This document shows, in pieces, positions 11,301-18,828 of a stretch of 64,000 nt of DNA. Both the position numbers and the translations under genes were made by a program. This stretch comes from a virus: the IMG/VR virus record IMGVR_UViG_3300045988_180190; one strand, written 5' to 3'. The stretch's first letter is position 1. Every line of letters starts with the position of its first letter. The notes beneath the pieces were generated by a model. That model was not told the DNA's origin. It did not search any database and saw nothing but the letters and a program-made list of their open reading frames with translations.

Positions 11301-12266
11301 CATCCACTGTGCGTCAGCTGCACCATTATGCCCTATATAATGAATATCAGGAGAATTAAAGAAACTCTGTAAAAGTTCACAGACCTGTTCCTTGGTAGCG
11401 TCAAACACCCATTCCCCTTGCTCATTATTGAGATTAATATATGCAGCCTGACCCGGAGCCCAAGCAAATTGGATTGATCTAAGATACCCATCCACAAAGC
11501 ACTGCTTGCCCCACTCACAGTCCACACTGAATAATTTATAATTATTGGATTTAAAGTACTCTATTAACTTCTTAAGGTGATCAAATGTTGACACACATTG
11601 GTAGTCGCAAGGTATTTGTTGTATCGTTGTTCCTTGGAGGAAGTGATCGTAAAAATTTGCTAAGATACGAATATCTTGATTAAGTTTATCATACAACTCA
11701 GGCTTATAATAAGCTTTATAGATACTACTAATTACAAAAACATGTGCATTATACTTCTCACTAAAAAACCAAGCTTCTTCGAGTTTAGACACACTTATTT
11801 TATAATTTAAAATAAAATCGCAAGCTTCTGCCCCAACACAGACGATTATCTTTGGATTACAATACCGCATCTCTTCCTCAAGGAGAGGTAAGCAATAATT
11901 TATATCTTTTTTAATACCCTTTAAAACAGACTGATTTAACCCATACTTCACCACAGAAGTAAAATAACAGTCGTCCAGGTCAATGCCGTTTTGAAGGCAT
12001 AAAGACCTAAACATTTCCCCTGCTCCAGATTTTAAATGCATGGGCGCAGAATATCTTGAGTCAATATCTTCCTTCAAAGGCGCCGGAACTAAAAACATTA
12101 TATCTGCCCCAAGTCTACCAACACCATTAAGAAATACTACATTATCATTTTCAGGAGAAGTATCATCTTTTATTCTTTTAAGTGATAGATCACCACAAAA
12201 GTCCGATAAGCTTGGACAAGGTAACTCCATGTTTACCTTGGGAAAATTAATTTCAGTTTCTTTCAT
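8337..12266 (-). CDS. polA: family A DNA polymerase with N-terminal UDG-like domain, 3'-5' exonuclease domain and an intein in motif B
   Basis: UDG-family-4-like GADIMFLVPAPLKED and KIIVCVGAEA. Exo motifs FSVDCEW, HNGAADAQW, YGCSDAD. Pol motif A is VDADYATAEV. Motif B, RNAIGKTANF ... SIPYG, is split by the intein. Confidence 0.9.
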   Translation of the reverse strand: MKETEINFPKVNMELPCPSLSDFCGDLSLKRIKDDTSPENDNVVFLNGVGRLGADIMFLVPAPLKEDIDSRYSAPMHLKSGAGEMFRSLCLQNGIDLDDCYFTSVVKYGLNQSVLKGIKKDINYCLPLLEEEMRYCNPKIIVCVGAEACDFILNYKISVSKLEEAWFFSEKYNAHVFVISSIYKAYYKPELYDKLNQDIRILANFYDHFLQGTTIQQIPCDYQCVSTFDHLKKLIEYFKSNNYKLFSVDCEWGKQCFVDGYLRSIQFAWAPGQAAYINLNNEQGEWVFDATKEQVCELLQSFFNSPDIHYIGHNGAADAQWMLTHLGLEVYNGKFIFDTMFGIQTVDEYADQKLEKLAAKYTDKGRYDIELILWKKSNKGVSFDEEQGYGQIPLSILFPYGCSDADVTFRLYPIIKDMLIRDGTYDYFMNIKLPFVIDGFTSMSIAGVPFCAEDANKARIAYLAAGLIMQKLFMMMIKKEAHDLFYTEVSKIAQETPIANIAEIQRYFEEGRSLEDIFNLLKRLYKRNALPILPYLEHYYTIDSFNPNSADHKKRWLFDIKKYTPIKTTKPQEGNAIPWERVLKMPPAKQKKYSPAVDKDTLKIFSDKGDDLCLHLLQLNAINQVTKSFLKGEDGGLQKYLTSDGRLHSNFVMTESSRPRSFKPNILNVPSDVSDYISHGFKKVLKFLNVEDISDTSNYDQDNFRSIVDSLKSTYNIKENITIKDLVPVPLRWCFKAPEGYCFVDADYATAEVFTIAYLANDKKLIATLNDPDPQFAFKKMPDGSIKQVRIAYCDDIVEFTEDAKDPALLTDPNDPDLVRNKDGTLKHPLQDVHWTAVENKYVLNTPREKLDKRKTRNAIGKTANFCSGEENYIYSISKGGYVKANTIQVGDYLKSPFDATRVLNVVRLKDQECYKVRFSNGVVATFKSDHKLRVSRDGRDSHYEKWEKVEDLSIGADVLSFSFNIPFGKKDVNVSHDVDYFVNDIISNSSNMSYRLPCELFVCDPTIRSEIICKLFKEGEQSLESPNDDLLSDLAVLASTIGWCTTLEGDHKLSLTYLDHFFLGETVAIIKVVSKELIPSYDVIAIECDTHKYIDMTLLSHNSIPYGASPSLLERKIEIAAGEKPEPGTGQKVIDGYMNTKPQVKEYLDWCKTLPEGQGYYLSPSGFKRHFKVPPLDAQMSDDLRESIVSKLRREACNIGLQSLVADSLARAIPALNACFMRLHMKSRAVIPLYDAIYILAPYEEVDLASSMLKFFMSDNNYWDLKGGRLRYNIEVEVTKRWSTAPSEEEKHELQIGLKNACQKYQIK
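8958..9668 (-). other. intein (237 aa) in PolA motif B
   Basis: Cys1 codon is at 9668-9666 (KTANF|CSGEENYIY). The C-terminus is DMTLLSHN|SIPYG, with the Asn codon at 8960-8958 and Ser +1. The flanks rejoin to the PolA motif B consensus NF-x-x-x-YG. Confidence 0.85.
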
Positions 12267-12277
12267 AATATCCCTTT

Positions 12278-12316
12278 CAAAAAATAAAAGGAGATAGCAT
12301 TCTGGCTATCTCCTTT
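12278..12316 (-). terminator. rho-independent terminator after the RNR gene
   Basis: Minus strand reads aaaaaGGAGATAGCcagaatGCTATCTCCttttatttttt. The hairpin is also flanked by T-runs on the plus strand, so it may act in both directions. Confidence 0.6.
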
Positions 12317-12324
12317 TTGTGAAT

Positions 12325-15300
12325 TTATCCACAAGCGGACCACCCGCAGCTATAACATTTTTTACAACCCTCTTCTCGCAGGACTTTACCCCCACAGACG
12401 GGACAGGTCTCTCCCAAGTCTAACTTACCAGCGCATTGTAACAACACCTTGTTTATAGCTTTTACAATCGATGTGAAATCTCCTTCAGTTTTAGATAGCT
12501 GATGTATAATTTCTTTTAATGATACACCAGATTGAAGATTCAAAGCTACCAGTCTTGCCAAGGCTGTAAGCGTTGCCTTATCCGAGGACTCATTTGTTTT
12601 AACTATTTTGTAATGGAATTTGCCGTCCTTAGAGGTAAACTCAAATGTAGCTTTAGCTATTTTTCTTAATGTTCCCTCCTTGACGTGTTTAGGTATAATC
12701 CTACGGCGTTCAACCCATTCTCCTTCGTCATCAAATATATTATCCTCATTTATATCTATAAACATCTCAAAGGGGCAATCTCCAAGAAAGCTTACTATAA
12801 AGTAGTAGGATACTCCTTTGACTGTTCTAAAGAATACCCTACAAGGCAAAACGTCTGGACGTTTATCAGCAGTTATTGTTGGGTGGATAATAGAAGTAGA
12901 AGTTGGATTTACGTCTTCTTTAGCATCTGTAGACTGTAAGACGGCACTCATTGAGCCTTCTCTGTAGGTAGTAACCCCTTTAATTACTCCGCTATTATAT
13001 GCGTCTAAATAAACGTTCTTAAACTGTTCATAAGGATAGTCCTTACCGACATTTATCGTTTTACTTACAGCGGAATCCAAATGCGCAGATACGAGTTTCA
13101 GAATTTCCAGATGAGATTCAACAGGCAATTGCATAGCTGTTGTGAAAACTTCCTGTGGATATTCTAAATTATGATCCTTAATCCATTGATAGGCATAATC
13201 TCTTATGAGCACCTTCTTGCAAAGACCTCTATCCTTATGTATCTGATACTCTACGCCATCTTCTCCTGTGTAAGTTAGATACGTGAAGTCAGCATATTTA
13301 GCTTCTTTAAAGTACGCATTAGGTTTAAAGTCTCCCTCCCAGAATCTAGGGCATTTATCTCTTAGAAAATCTGGAATATTAGGCATTCCTACGATGCGGT
13401 AGTACTCTAGTTGAAATACAGGTTCTACGCCTCCTGAAATATTATTTGCCAAACAACCAGTATTTCCCGTGGGCTGGACTGAGAACAAGGCTGAATTGCG
13501 AATGCCGTTAGTTTCTAACAATTCTTTTTGCAAAGCATCCAATATATACTTCGGCAGATGTCTAAACGTATATTTTATATTATCAGCATGTTTTGCAGGA
13601 TTACATCCTTTAAACGCACCTTTACATTTAGCTAAAGCAATGCTTGCCCTTATCCCTAAGAAATTATAAACATCAAAAACTTTAGTTAAAAAGTCTTTAG
13701 CTTCCGTAGAATCATATTTTAAACCCAACATCATTAAGGCAGAACCTATGCCTGTAATGCCAAGTCCGATTCTTCGATAGCTTTCAGCCATATATTTATA
13801 TTCTTTCAAAGGCAGATTCGCAATGTCTATGACATTATCCAAGAATCTTACGCAATAAGGAATAATATCGGAAAACTTCTGAAAATTAAAAACAGCAGCG
13901 TGTTTGATTTCATCATATTCTATAAATGCTGTGAGATTGATGGATCCTAAATTGCAGCATCCTCCGCTGTATAAAACCTGCTCTCCGCACTGCTGATTAT
14001 TAAGCATATAAAATTTTGGATGTCCATGTTCGTTCACAGTTTCAAACATCCCAACGCAATAATTATGCACATCATCAACTGTACCGGTATAGACATCTTG
14101 TTTGCCTATATATTCAATAGACACAATTCTATGATTAAAATCAACAGCCTGCGTCTTTAAATCCGCGTAAGAACGGAAAGCAGAAATCGGACCAAATCTA
14201 TGAGGAATCTTATTTTGTTTGCAATAAGAATCAAACTCACATTTAAATGGATCTCTTGACAGAGCAAATTTTAAATCCGTATAAGCTTTAAGTTGTCTTA
14301 TTCTATTCTCACCTTTTGTCTTAGAAGCATAGTTTGAAATTCCCTGTCGCAAATGCTGTATGTAATTTTCCTGCTTAAGTTTGTTACGATTCACACAGAG
14401 ATTTGAACAAAAAGCTACTTCCCTGCTTTGGAAAGGTGTAAAGAACTCTTTACCACAATTTTCACAAATCTTTTTTACTAAAACTCTATTATTAACAATC
14501 TTTGTTTCATAACCTTGTGATACGGCATTTAGATATGTTCTTTGCAACCTACTATCACATTTCATTAAATCATTATAAACACCTAAAGCTTTAGCAGCAT
14601 ATTTACAAATATCACGAATACCTCCGCCTCCAAAAAACTTGACACGATAATCATCATTAAATGACTGTAATACGTGAAAACCTCTAGAAGCTAACTCATC
14701 TTGTAATTCTTTTACAGAGAAGAATCTTTGATATTTTAAAATTAAATCTTTCGCAATATCTAAAAGTATCTCATTAGAAACACCTTTATAATTCTTATTC
14801 TTTTCTCCAAATGAAGCATTTTTTTGCTTCTCTTTATAGGAATCCCACTTTGCCTTAGTCCACTCTGTAGCGGCACGACACATAGGATTAGTCTTTCCAA
14901 ACATACGCTTACAATGTAAAGCATCATGCGCAGCTTTTGACATAACTTCTAAATTATCTAAAGAATTATTTAATCCGTTATAATCCTTATGATGCACAAC
15001 TTCTGCATTAGTGAGTCTTCTACCTATAACATATTCAGCATTAATGCGATGTAATGCCTTGCGAGACTTTTTTCCGGAAGTCTTTATCCAAGCATATAGT
15101 TGAGAATTACTCGATCTATTAAAGATTTCATTAAACTTCTGGTATGAAATAGAAGCAACATACAAAGATTCTCCTGGGGACATATCTTTTACCTCTTTAT
15201 ATGTACCATCGGATAATCTAAACTTATGATTAGACGTGCAATCAATATGATTACCATCATCTAAAGTCACTCGATAAATATCTTTATTATAGCCTGTAAT

Positions 15301-16467
15301 ACGAGGATTACGCATTAACTTTGTAACAATATTGCCAGCATTATCACAAGCTAACACCGGAACATCTCTGCCAGCTTCGGCCAACTCTTTAATAGTCACA
15401 TTTGTACGCCCGTCAGCAACAGCAACTTTGGTATCTCCAGTAAGACAAGGATTTGTCCCAACTAATTGCAACTCAGGTATATAGTTTGCGCAATGTGTCT
15501 CATTTGCCCTATCGAGAAATAAAACTCCAGGTTCCGAACGATTGCTAGTAGACTGCATTAAAGCTTCCCACAAATCCGTAGCCCTAACTGTGCGATAAAC
15601 TTTAACGGGGTAACCTTTTTTCTCCCATTTATCCAAGTCTCCATCCCATTCGGATTTATATTTTTCAAAAGCCGTATCAGGAAATCTCAATTGCCAAAAA
15701 TCAACAGCATCGATTTCTTCCTGCGAAGCATTGTTTTTAACAAGATCGTTAACTCTATTTAAAATATCCATAAAAGCATTGGTAACATTTACGGACATAT
15801 TCATTTTCGTTAAATGAAACGGCTTTTGCTTGGCAGTAATAAATTCGTAAATATCAGGGTGCCAGCAGCTTAAGCATAGCATCATTGCGCCCTTACGAAT
15901 TTTCTTCTTTTCGTTCTTGGGCGTTTTTTCTTTACTCTCTATATAATAATCTCCCGGACCTTCCGTAATAATCTCGGAACTTTTATCAAACAGCTCCAAA
16001 TACTTCACAGCGCCGGGTGTTCTAGCACCTATGCCTTCTATATAAGAACCTCTGGGACGAATAAAACTGCAATTTAAACCCCAACCCCCTTCAGATTTTA
16101 AAGTCAAAACCTGATTCTTTAAGACCTCCATGATTCCTTCAACGGAATCCATATCATACTTAGGTTGGGGGGATAAAAAACAGTTGACGAGGGAGACATT
16201 TGTGCAATTTCCCCCGGCATTTGCCAATATGCGGCCTCCGGGTATAAACTTAAAATCTTTTAAAATATCATAAAAAGCATTGGCATAAAATCTTTTGGAT
16301 TCGTCATCCTTTTCTACGTTAGCTACGGCATTTGCCACACGTCTCCATGTATCTGTAATACTATTTTCATTTTGCGTTTTATAAGTTACTTCCCAAATCT
16401 GACGGGAAAAATCATTCGTAAACGGATCCGGATTATCCGGAGTTTTTGCTTTTAATTGTTCGTCCAT
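12325..16467 (-). CDS. nrdJ: class II (adenosylcobalamin-type) ribonucleotide reductase interrupted by an HNH intein
   Basis: Active-site loop GTNP[intein]CGEQVLYSGGCCNLGSINL. Cys-rich C-terminal tail CPVCGGKVLREEGCKKCYSCGWSACG. No NrdB-like partner is in the window. Confidence 0.85.
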   Translation of the reverse strand: MDEQLKAKTPDNPDPFTNDFSRQIWEVTYKTQNENSITDTWRRVANAVANVEKDDESKRFYANAFYDILKDFKFIPGGRILANAGGNCTNVSLVNCFLSPQPKYDMDSVEGIMEVLKNQVLTLKSEGGWGLNCSFIRPRGSYIEGIGARTPGAVKYLELFDKSSEIITEGPGDYYIESKEKTPKNEKKKIRKGAMMLCLSCWHPDIYEFITAKQKPFHLTKMNMSVNVTNAFMDILNRVNDLVKNNASQEEIDAVDFWQLRFPDTAFEKYKSEWDGDLDKWEKKGYPVKVYRTVRATDLWEALMQSTSNRSEPGVLFLDRANETHCANYIPELQLVGTNPCLTGDTKVAVADGRTNVTIKELAEAGRDVPVLACDNAGNIVTKLMRNPRITGYNKDIYRVTLDDGNHIDCTSNHKFRLSDGTYKEVKDMSPGESLYVASISYQKFNEIFNRSSNSQLYAWIKTSGKKSRKALHRINAEYVIGRRLTNAEVVHHKDYNGLNNSLDNLEVMSKAAHDALHCKRMFGKTNPMCRAATEWTKAKWDSYKEKQKNASFGEKNKNYKGVSNEILLDIAKDLILKYQRFFSVKELQDELASRGFHVLQSFNDDYRVKFFGGGGIRDICKYAAKALGVYNDLMKCDSRLQRTYLNAVSQGYETKIVNNRVLVKKICENCGKEFFTPFQSREVAFCSNLCVNRNKLKQENYIQHLRQGISNYASKTKGENRIRQLKAYTDLKFALSRDPFKCEFDSYCKQNKIPHRFGPISAFRSYADLKTQAVDFNHRIVSIEYIGKQDVYTGTVDDVHNYCVGMFETVNEHGHPKFYMLNNQQCGEQVLYSGGCCNLGSINLTAFIEYDEIKHAAVFNFQKFSDIIPYCVRFLDNVIDIANLPLKEYKYMAESYRRIGLGITGIGSALMMLGLKYDSTEAKDFLTKVFDVYNFLGIRASIALAKCKGAFKGCNPAKHADNIKYTFRHLPKYILDALQKELLETNGIRNSALFSVQPTGNTGCLANNISGGVEPVFQLEYYRIVGMPNIPDFLRDKCPRFWEGDFKPNAYFKEAKYADFTYLTYTGEDGVEYQIHKDRGLCKKVLIRDYAYQWIKDHNLEYPQEVFTTAMQLPVESHLEILKLVSAHLDSAVSKTINVGKDYPYEQFKNVYLDAYNSGVIKGVTTYREGSMSAVLQSTDAKEDVNPTSTSIIHPTITADKRPDVLPCRVFFRTVKGVSYYFIVSFLGDCPFEMFIDINEDNIFDDEGEWVERRRIIPKHVKEGTLRKIAKATFEFTSKDGKFHYKIVKTNESSDKATLTALARLVALNLQSGVSLKEIIHQLSKTEGDFTSIVKAINKVLLQCAGKLDLGETCPVCGGKVLREEGCKKCYSCGWSACG
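13990..15447 (-). other. intein (486 aa) with HNH endonuclease domain in the RNR catalytic loop
   Basis: It starts CLTGDTKVAV (Cys codon 15447-15445). HNH motif is EVVHHKDYNGLNNSLDNLEVMSKAAHDALH. Zinc finger is CENCGKEFF...CSNLC. Block F is VYTGTVDDVHNYCVG. It ends ...KFYMLNNQQ|CGEQ (last Gln codon 13992-13990). Confidence 0.8.
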
Positions 16468-16502
16468 AGTGTTGATTTAGATTCTCTATATTTAATTATG
16501 TG

Positions 16503-17834
16503 TCAATACAATTCATATCTTCTTTTAAGGTCTAAAATAATGTTTTGATCCATTATTTCTCCTAAGTCTTTATAAGCTAATGGATAATCTAGCTCATCAA
16601 CAGAAATACCTCCTAACATAGAAATACTTCTACGAAGTTTCGAAGCCGTGGAGTTTCCAACTGTATCATGATCCACAGCCAAAATAATCCTATCAAACAT
16701 ACCGTTACTAATTAGTTTTAACTGTCCTACAGATAGAGAACCTCCCAAGTATGCGCAGAAGGGAGGTCCCATACGAGCCGCATCCATTACCCCCTCACAC
16801 AAACCTATCACTCTAGAACCGGGAGTTCTTTCAAGATTAAACTCTCTTGCTGCGTCAAATCCCATCAAGACATTCCCCGCCTTAGAACCTGGAGATAAGT
16901 AATATTTCTTCTTGGCTATAGACGGATACACTCCTTCTATAGGTATAAACTTACCTTGAGAATCCTTTTCAGCCACTTTGTAGTACCCACTAATCCTTCC
17001 GTAGGGGTCGTCTACAAAATGAGCATAGAGTAATTTATCATTTCCCACTTGTTTATCAAGTACCCTCGCCTGCCACAGCTTTGGTTTACCTAACTGCAAA
17101 GCGGTAAAAATTAAACAACCCTGGGGCGTAAAAAACTTAAAGGGGTCCACAACATAATTCGTGGTATCTTTCCCTAATTTCAGGTGTTTTAATTGAGGGT
17201 TTTCCTTGACGCAAAAAGAAGTGTTAAACTGCTTTACTAAAGAAGTCATATCTGTAAAGCCTCTGTCGTTCAGATATGCAACAGCCGGATGGTTTACTGG
17301 AAGTGCGTCTACTGGTATCAACTCCCCGGGAGATACCCAGGTGCTTTCCGAAGGTGAAGTGTCGCCAAACACCATAGCTGCAGATAATATGTCTTTGTTT
17401 TTGTAATTTTTGAGAAAAGGCCCAGGGTCCCAGCTCAAATACCACTTATATGATCTGTCACGGTGCCTCACTTCAATCGGTCTCATTTCCAATAAGTCTT
17501 TTATATTATAAAACTTATTTGTCTTTACACATCGTGCTGCATGGTTGTGTCCCTCTGCTGCAAACTTCGATAAATTTATATATAAATGTTTGGAAGATAA
17601 TTCTTTAGGTCCATCTTCCTGAAGTAATTCCGGGTCTGGTATAGATAGTTCCACATGGTTACTGTCTATTACATGAAGTTTTCCGGTGTAATGGATCATT
17701 AAAAGTCTAGTGAGCAATCTTTGTATCTGCTGGCTCAACTTGAAGTTTACTGCATTACATGTTCTTTCTAGGGAAGATAGGTCTATTTTTAACATCCTGT
17801 CGTTTAGGATAAATGTTTTTGAAGATGTTGTCAT
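16503..17834 (-). CDS. DnaG-like DNA primase (TOPRIM domain)
   Basis: TOPRIM Glu in VIGLCEGVMDAARMG and DxD in ILAVDHDTVGNS. It sits in the replication module. Confidence 0.7.
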   Translation of the reverse strand: MTTSSKTFILNDRMLKIDLSSLERTCNAVNFKLSQQIQRLLTRLLMIHYTGKLHVIDSNHVELSIPDPELLQEDGPKELSSKHLYINLSKFAAEGHNHAARCVKTNKFYNIKDLLEMRPIEVRHRDRSYKWYLSWDPGPFLKNYKNKDILSAAMVFGDTSPSESTWVSPGELIPVDALPVNHPAVAYLNDRGFTDMTSLVKQFNTSFCVKENPQLKHLKLGKDTTNYVVDPFKFFTPQGCLIFTALQLGKPKLWQARVLDKQVGNDKLLYAHFVDDPYGRISGYYKVAEKDSQGKFIPIEGVYPSIAKKKYYLSPGSKAGNVLMGFDAAREFNLERTPGSRVIGLCEGVMDAARMGPPFCAYLGGSLSVGQLKLISNGMFDRIILAVDHDTVGNSTASKLRRSISMLGGISVDELDYPLAYKDLGEIMDQNIILDLKRRYELY

Positions 17835-17951
17835 AGCTTCTATATTTTCTGGTTATAGCTATTATTGTGGTGAGTTTATTTACACGTAGTTTTCATAGGT
17901 AGTGTTCTTTCTTTTACGTTTTTAGTTGAATTGTATCTAAAAAATCTCTCG

Positions 17952-17985
17952 TTTATGCAGAAATCGTTTACGATTTCAGCATAAA
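17952..17985. promoter_or_regulatory. imperfect 15-bp inverted repeat (operator-like) upstream of the primase operon
   Basis: tttatgcagaaatcg ttta cgatttcagcataaa, with 14 of 15 positions complementary. It lies in the divergent intergenic region. Confidence 0.35.
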
Positions 17986-17992
17986 CTTATTA

Positions 17993-18026
17993 GTTTCTTT
18001 AAGATTATGTAAAGAATATTCAGTAT
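17993..18026 (+). repeat. 34-bp perfect direct repeat, copy 1
   Basis: gtttctttaagattatgtaaagaatattcagtat, identical to 18572-18605. Confidence 0.9.
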
Positions 18027-18097
18027 TTATTTATTCTCTAAATATAATTTTGAGCCTTTTTAGTACTGTTTTATTCTCAAAATTATATTTCTAAGTA

Positions 18098-18545
18098 AGC
18101 TTCAAGCTTTAGCCTTGGTAGCTTACTTAGCTTTAAGACACAAGCAGGCTTGTGTCTTAAAGCATACCATTGGGGGAGCACTTTACGGTGCTATCAGGCT
18201 AATACATAAGAGCCAGCAATGCGCTGTGTGGACTAGGATTAGGATATATCTTTACCACTTATCCTCCCCTCAGCAGTCTCTCAAGACCTTAGGTGCGTCT
18301 TTTATCCACAAGCCTCCTGTGAATCACCAAGGTTTTGCTTTGCTACCACCCAAGCCTAATAGGCTCAATACGCAGCTTAGTATGGACACAGCAAACCCAT
18401 CTTCCACCTTAACATTCTCACTCAGTTCTTTCTTTAGTTTCCGGATTTTTCCCCAGATAACTTTTATCTTCCGGTTTTTTCTATATTATAAGTAATGTAA
18501 TATAAAGAATAAGATCATAATAGTAAGCTTACCACTACCTCCATA
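18098..18545. ncRNA. GC-rich structured non-coding island (candidate large ncRNA or origin element); strand unknown
   Basis: About 450 nt, visibly GC-richer than its surroundings. It contains a perfect 16-bp palindrome arm pair at 18130-18163 (gctttaagacacaagc ag gcttgtgtcttaaagc) and stems gtaagct/agcttac and agcac/gtgct. The only ORF here (18115..18495) looks spurious. Confidence 0.3.
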
Positions 18546-18571
18546 GAAAACATTTTTTCACTTAAGCCATC

Positions 18572-18605
18572 GTTTCTTTAAGATTATGTAAAGAATATTC
18601 AGTAT
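18572..18605 (+). repeat. 34-bp perfect direct repeat, copy 2
   Basis: Identical to 17993-18026. The spacing is 579 bp. Confidence 0.9.
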
Positions 18606-18828
18606 AGACAATGCTTCGGCAAATTACATACACTTGACACCACGCTTTCTTGAATATCCCTCAAAAATTTCATAAATTTACAATTTTAGCTTATTATTTT
18701 CCTAATGAGTTTTTGCATCTTTTTATCTATTACAAATTTACGTATATTAAAATTTTTTATTAAAAATTCTTGACGCATTTAAAATTAGTAGTCATTATCG
18801 GGTTAATTAATTTAAAAACAACACCCTC

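Noticed and set aside
18115-18495. 126-aa plus-strand ORF inside the GC-rich island
   Set aside because: It begins at a non-ATG codon, reads through a perfect 16-bp palindrome and other stems, and has a low-complexity tail (FSLSSFFSFRIFPQITFIFRFFLYYK). I treated the region as non-coding.
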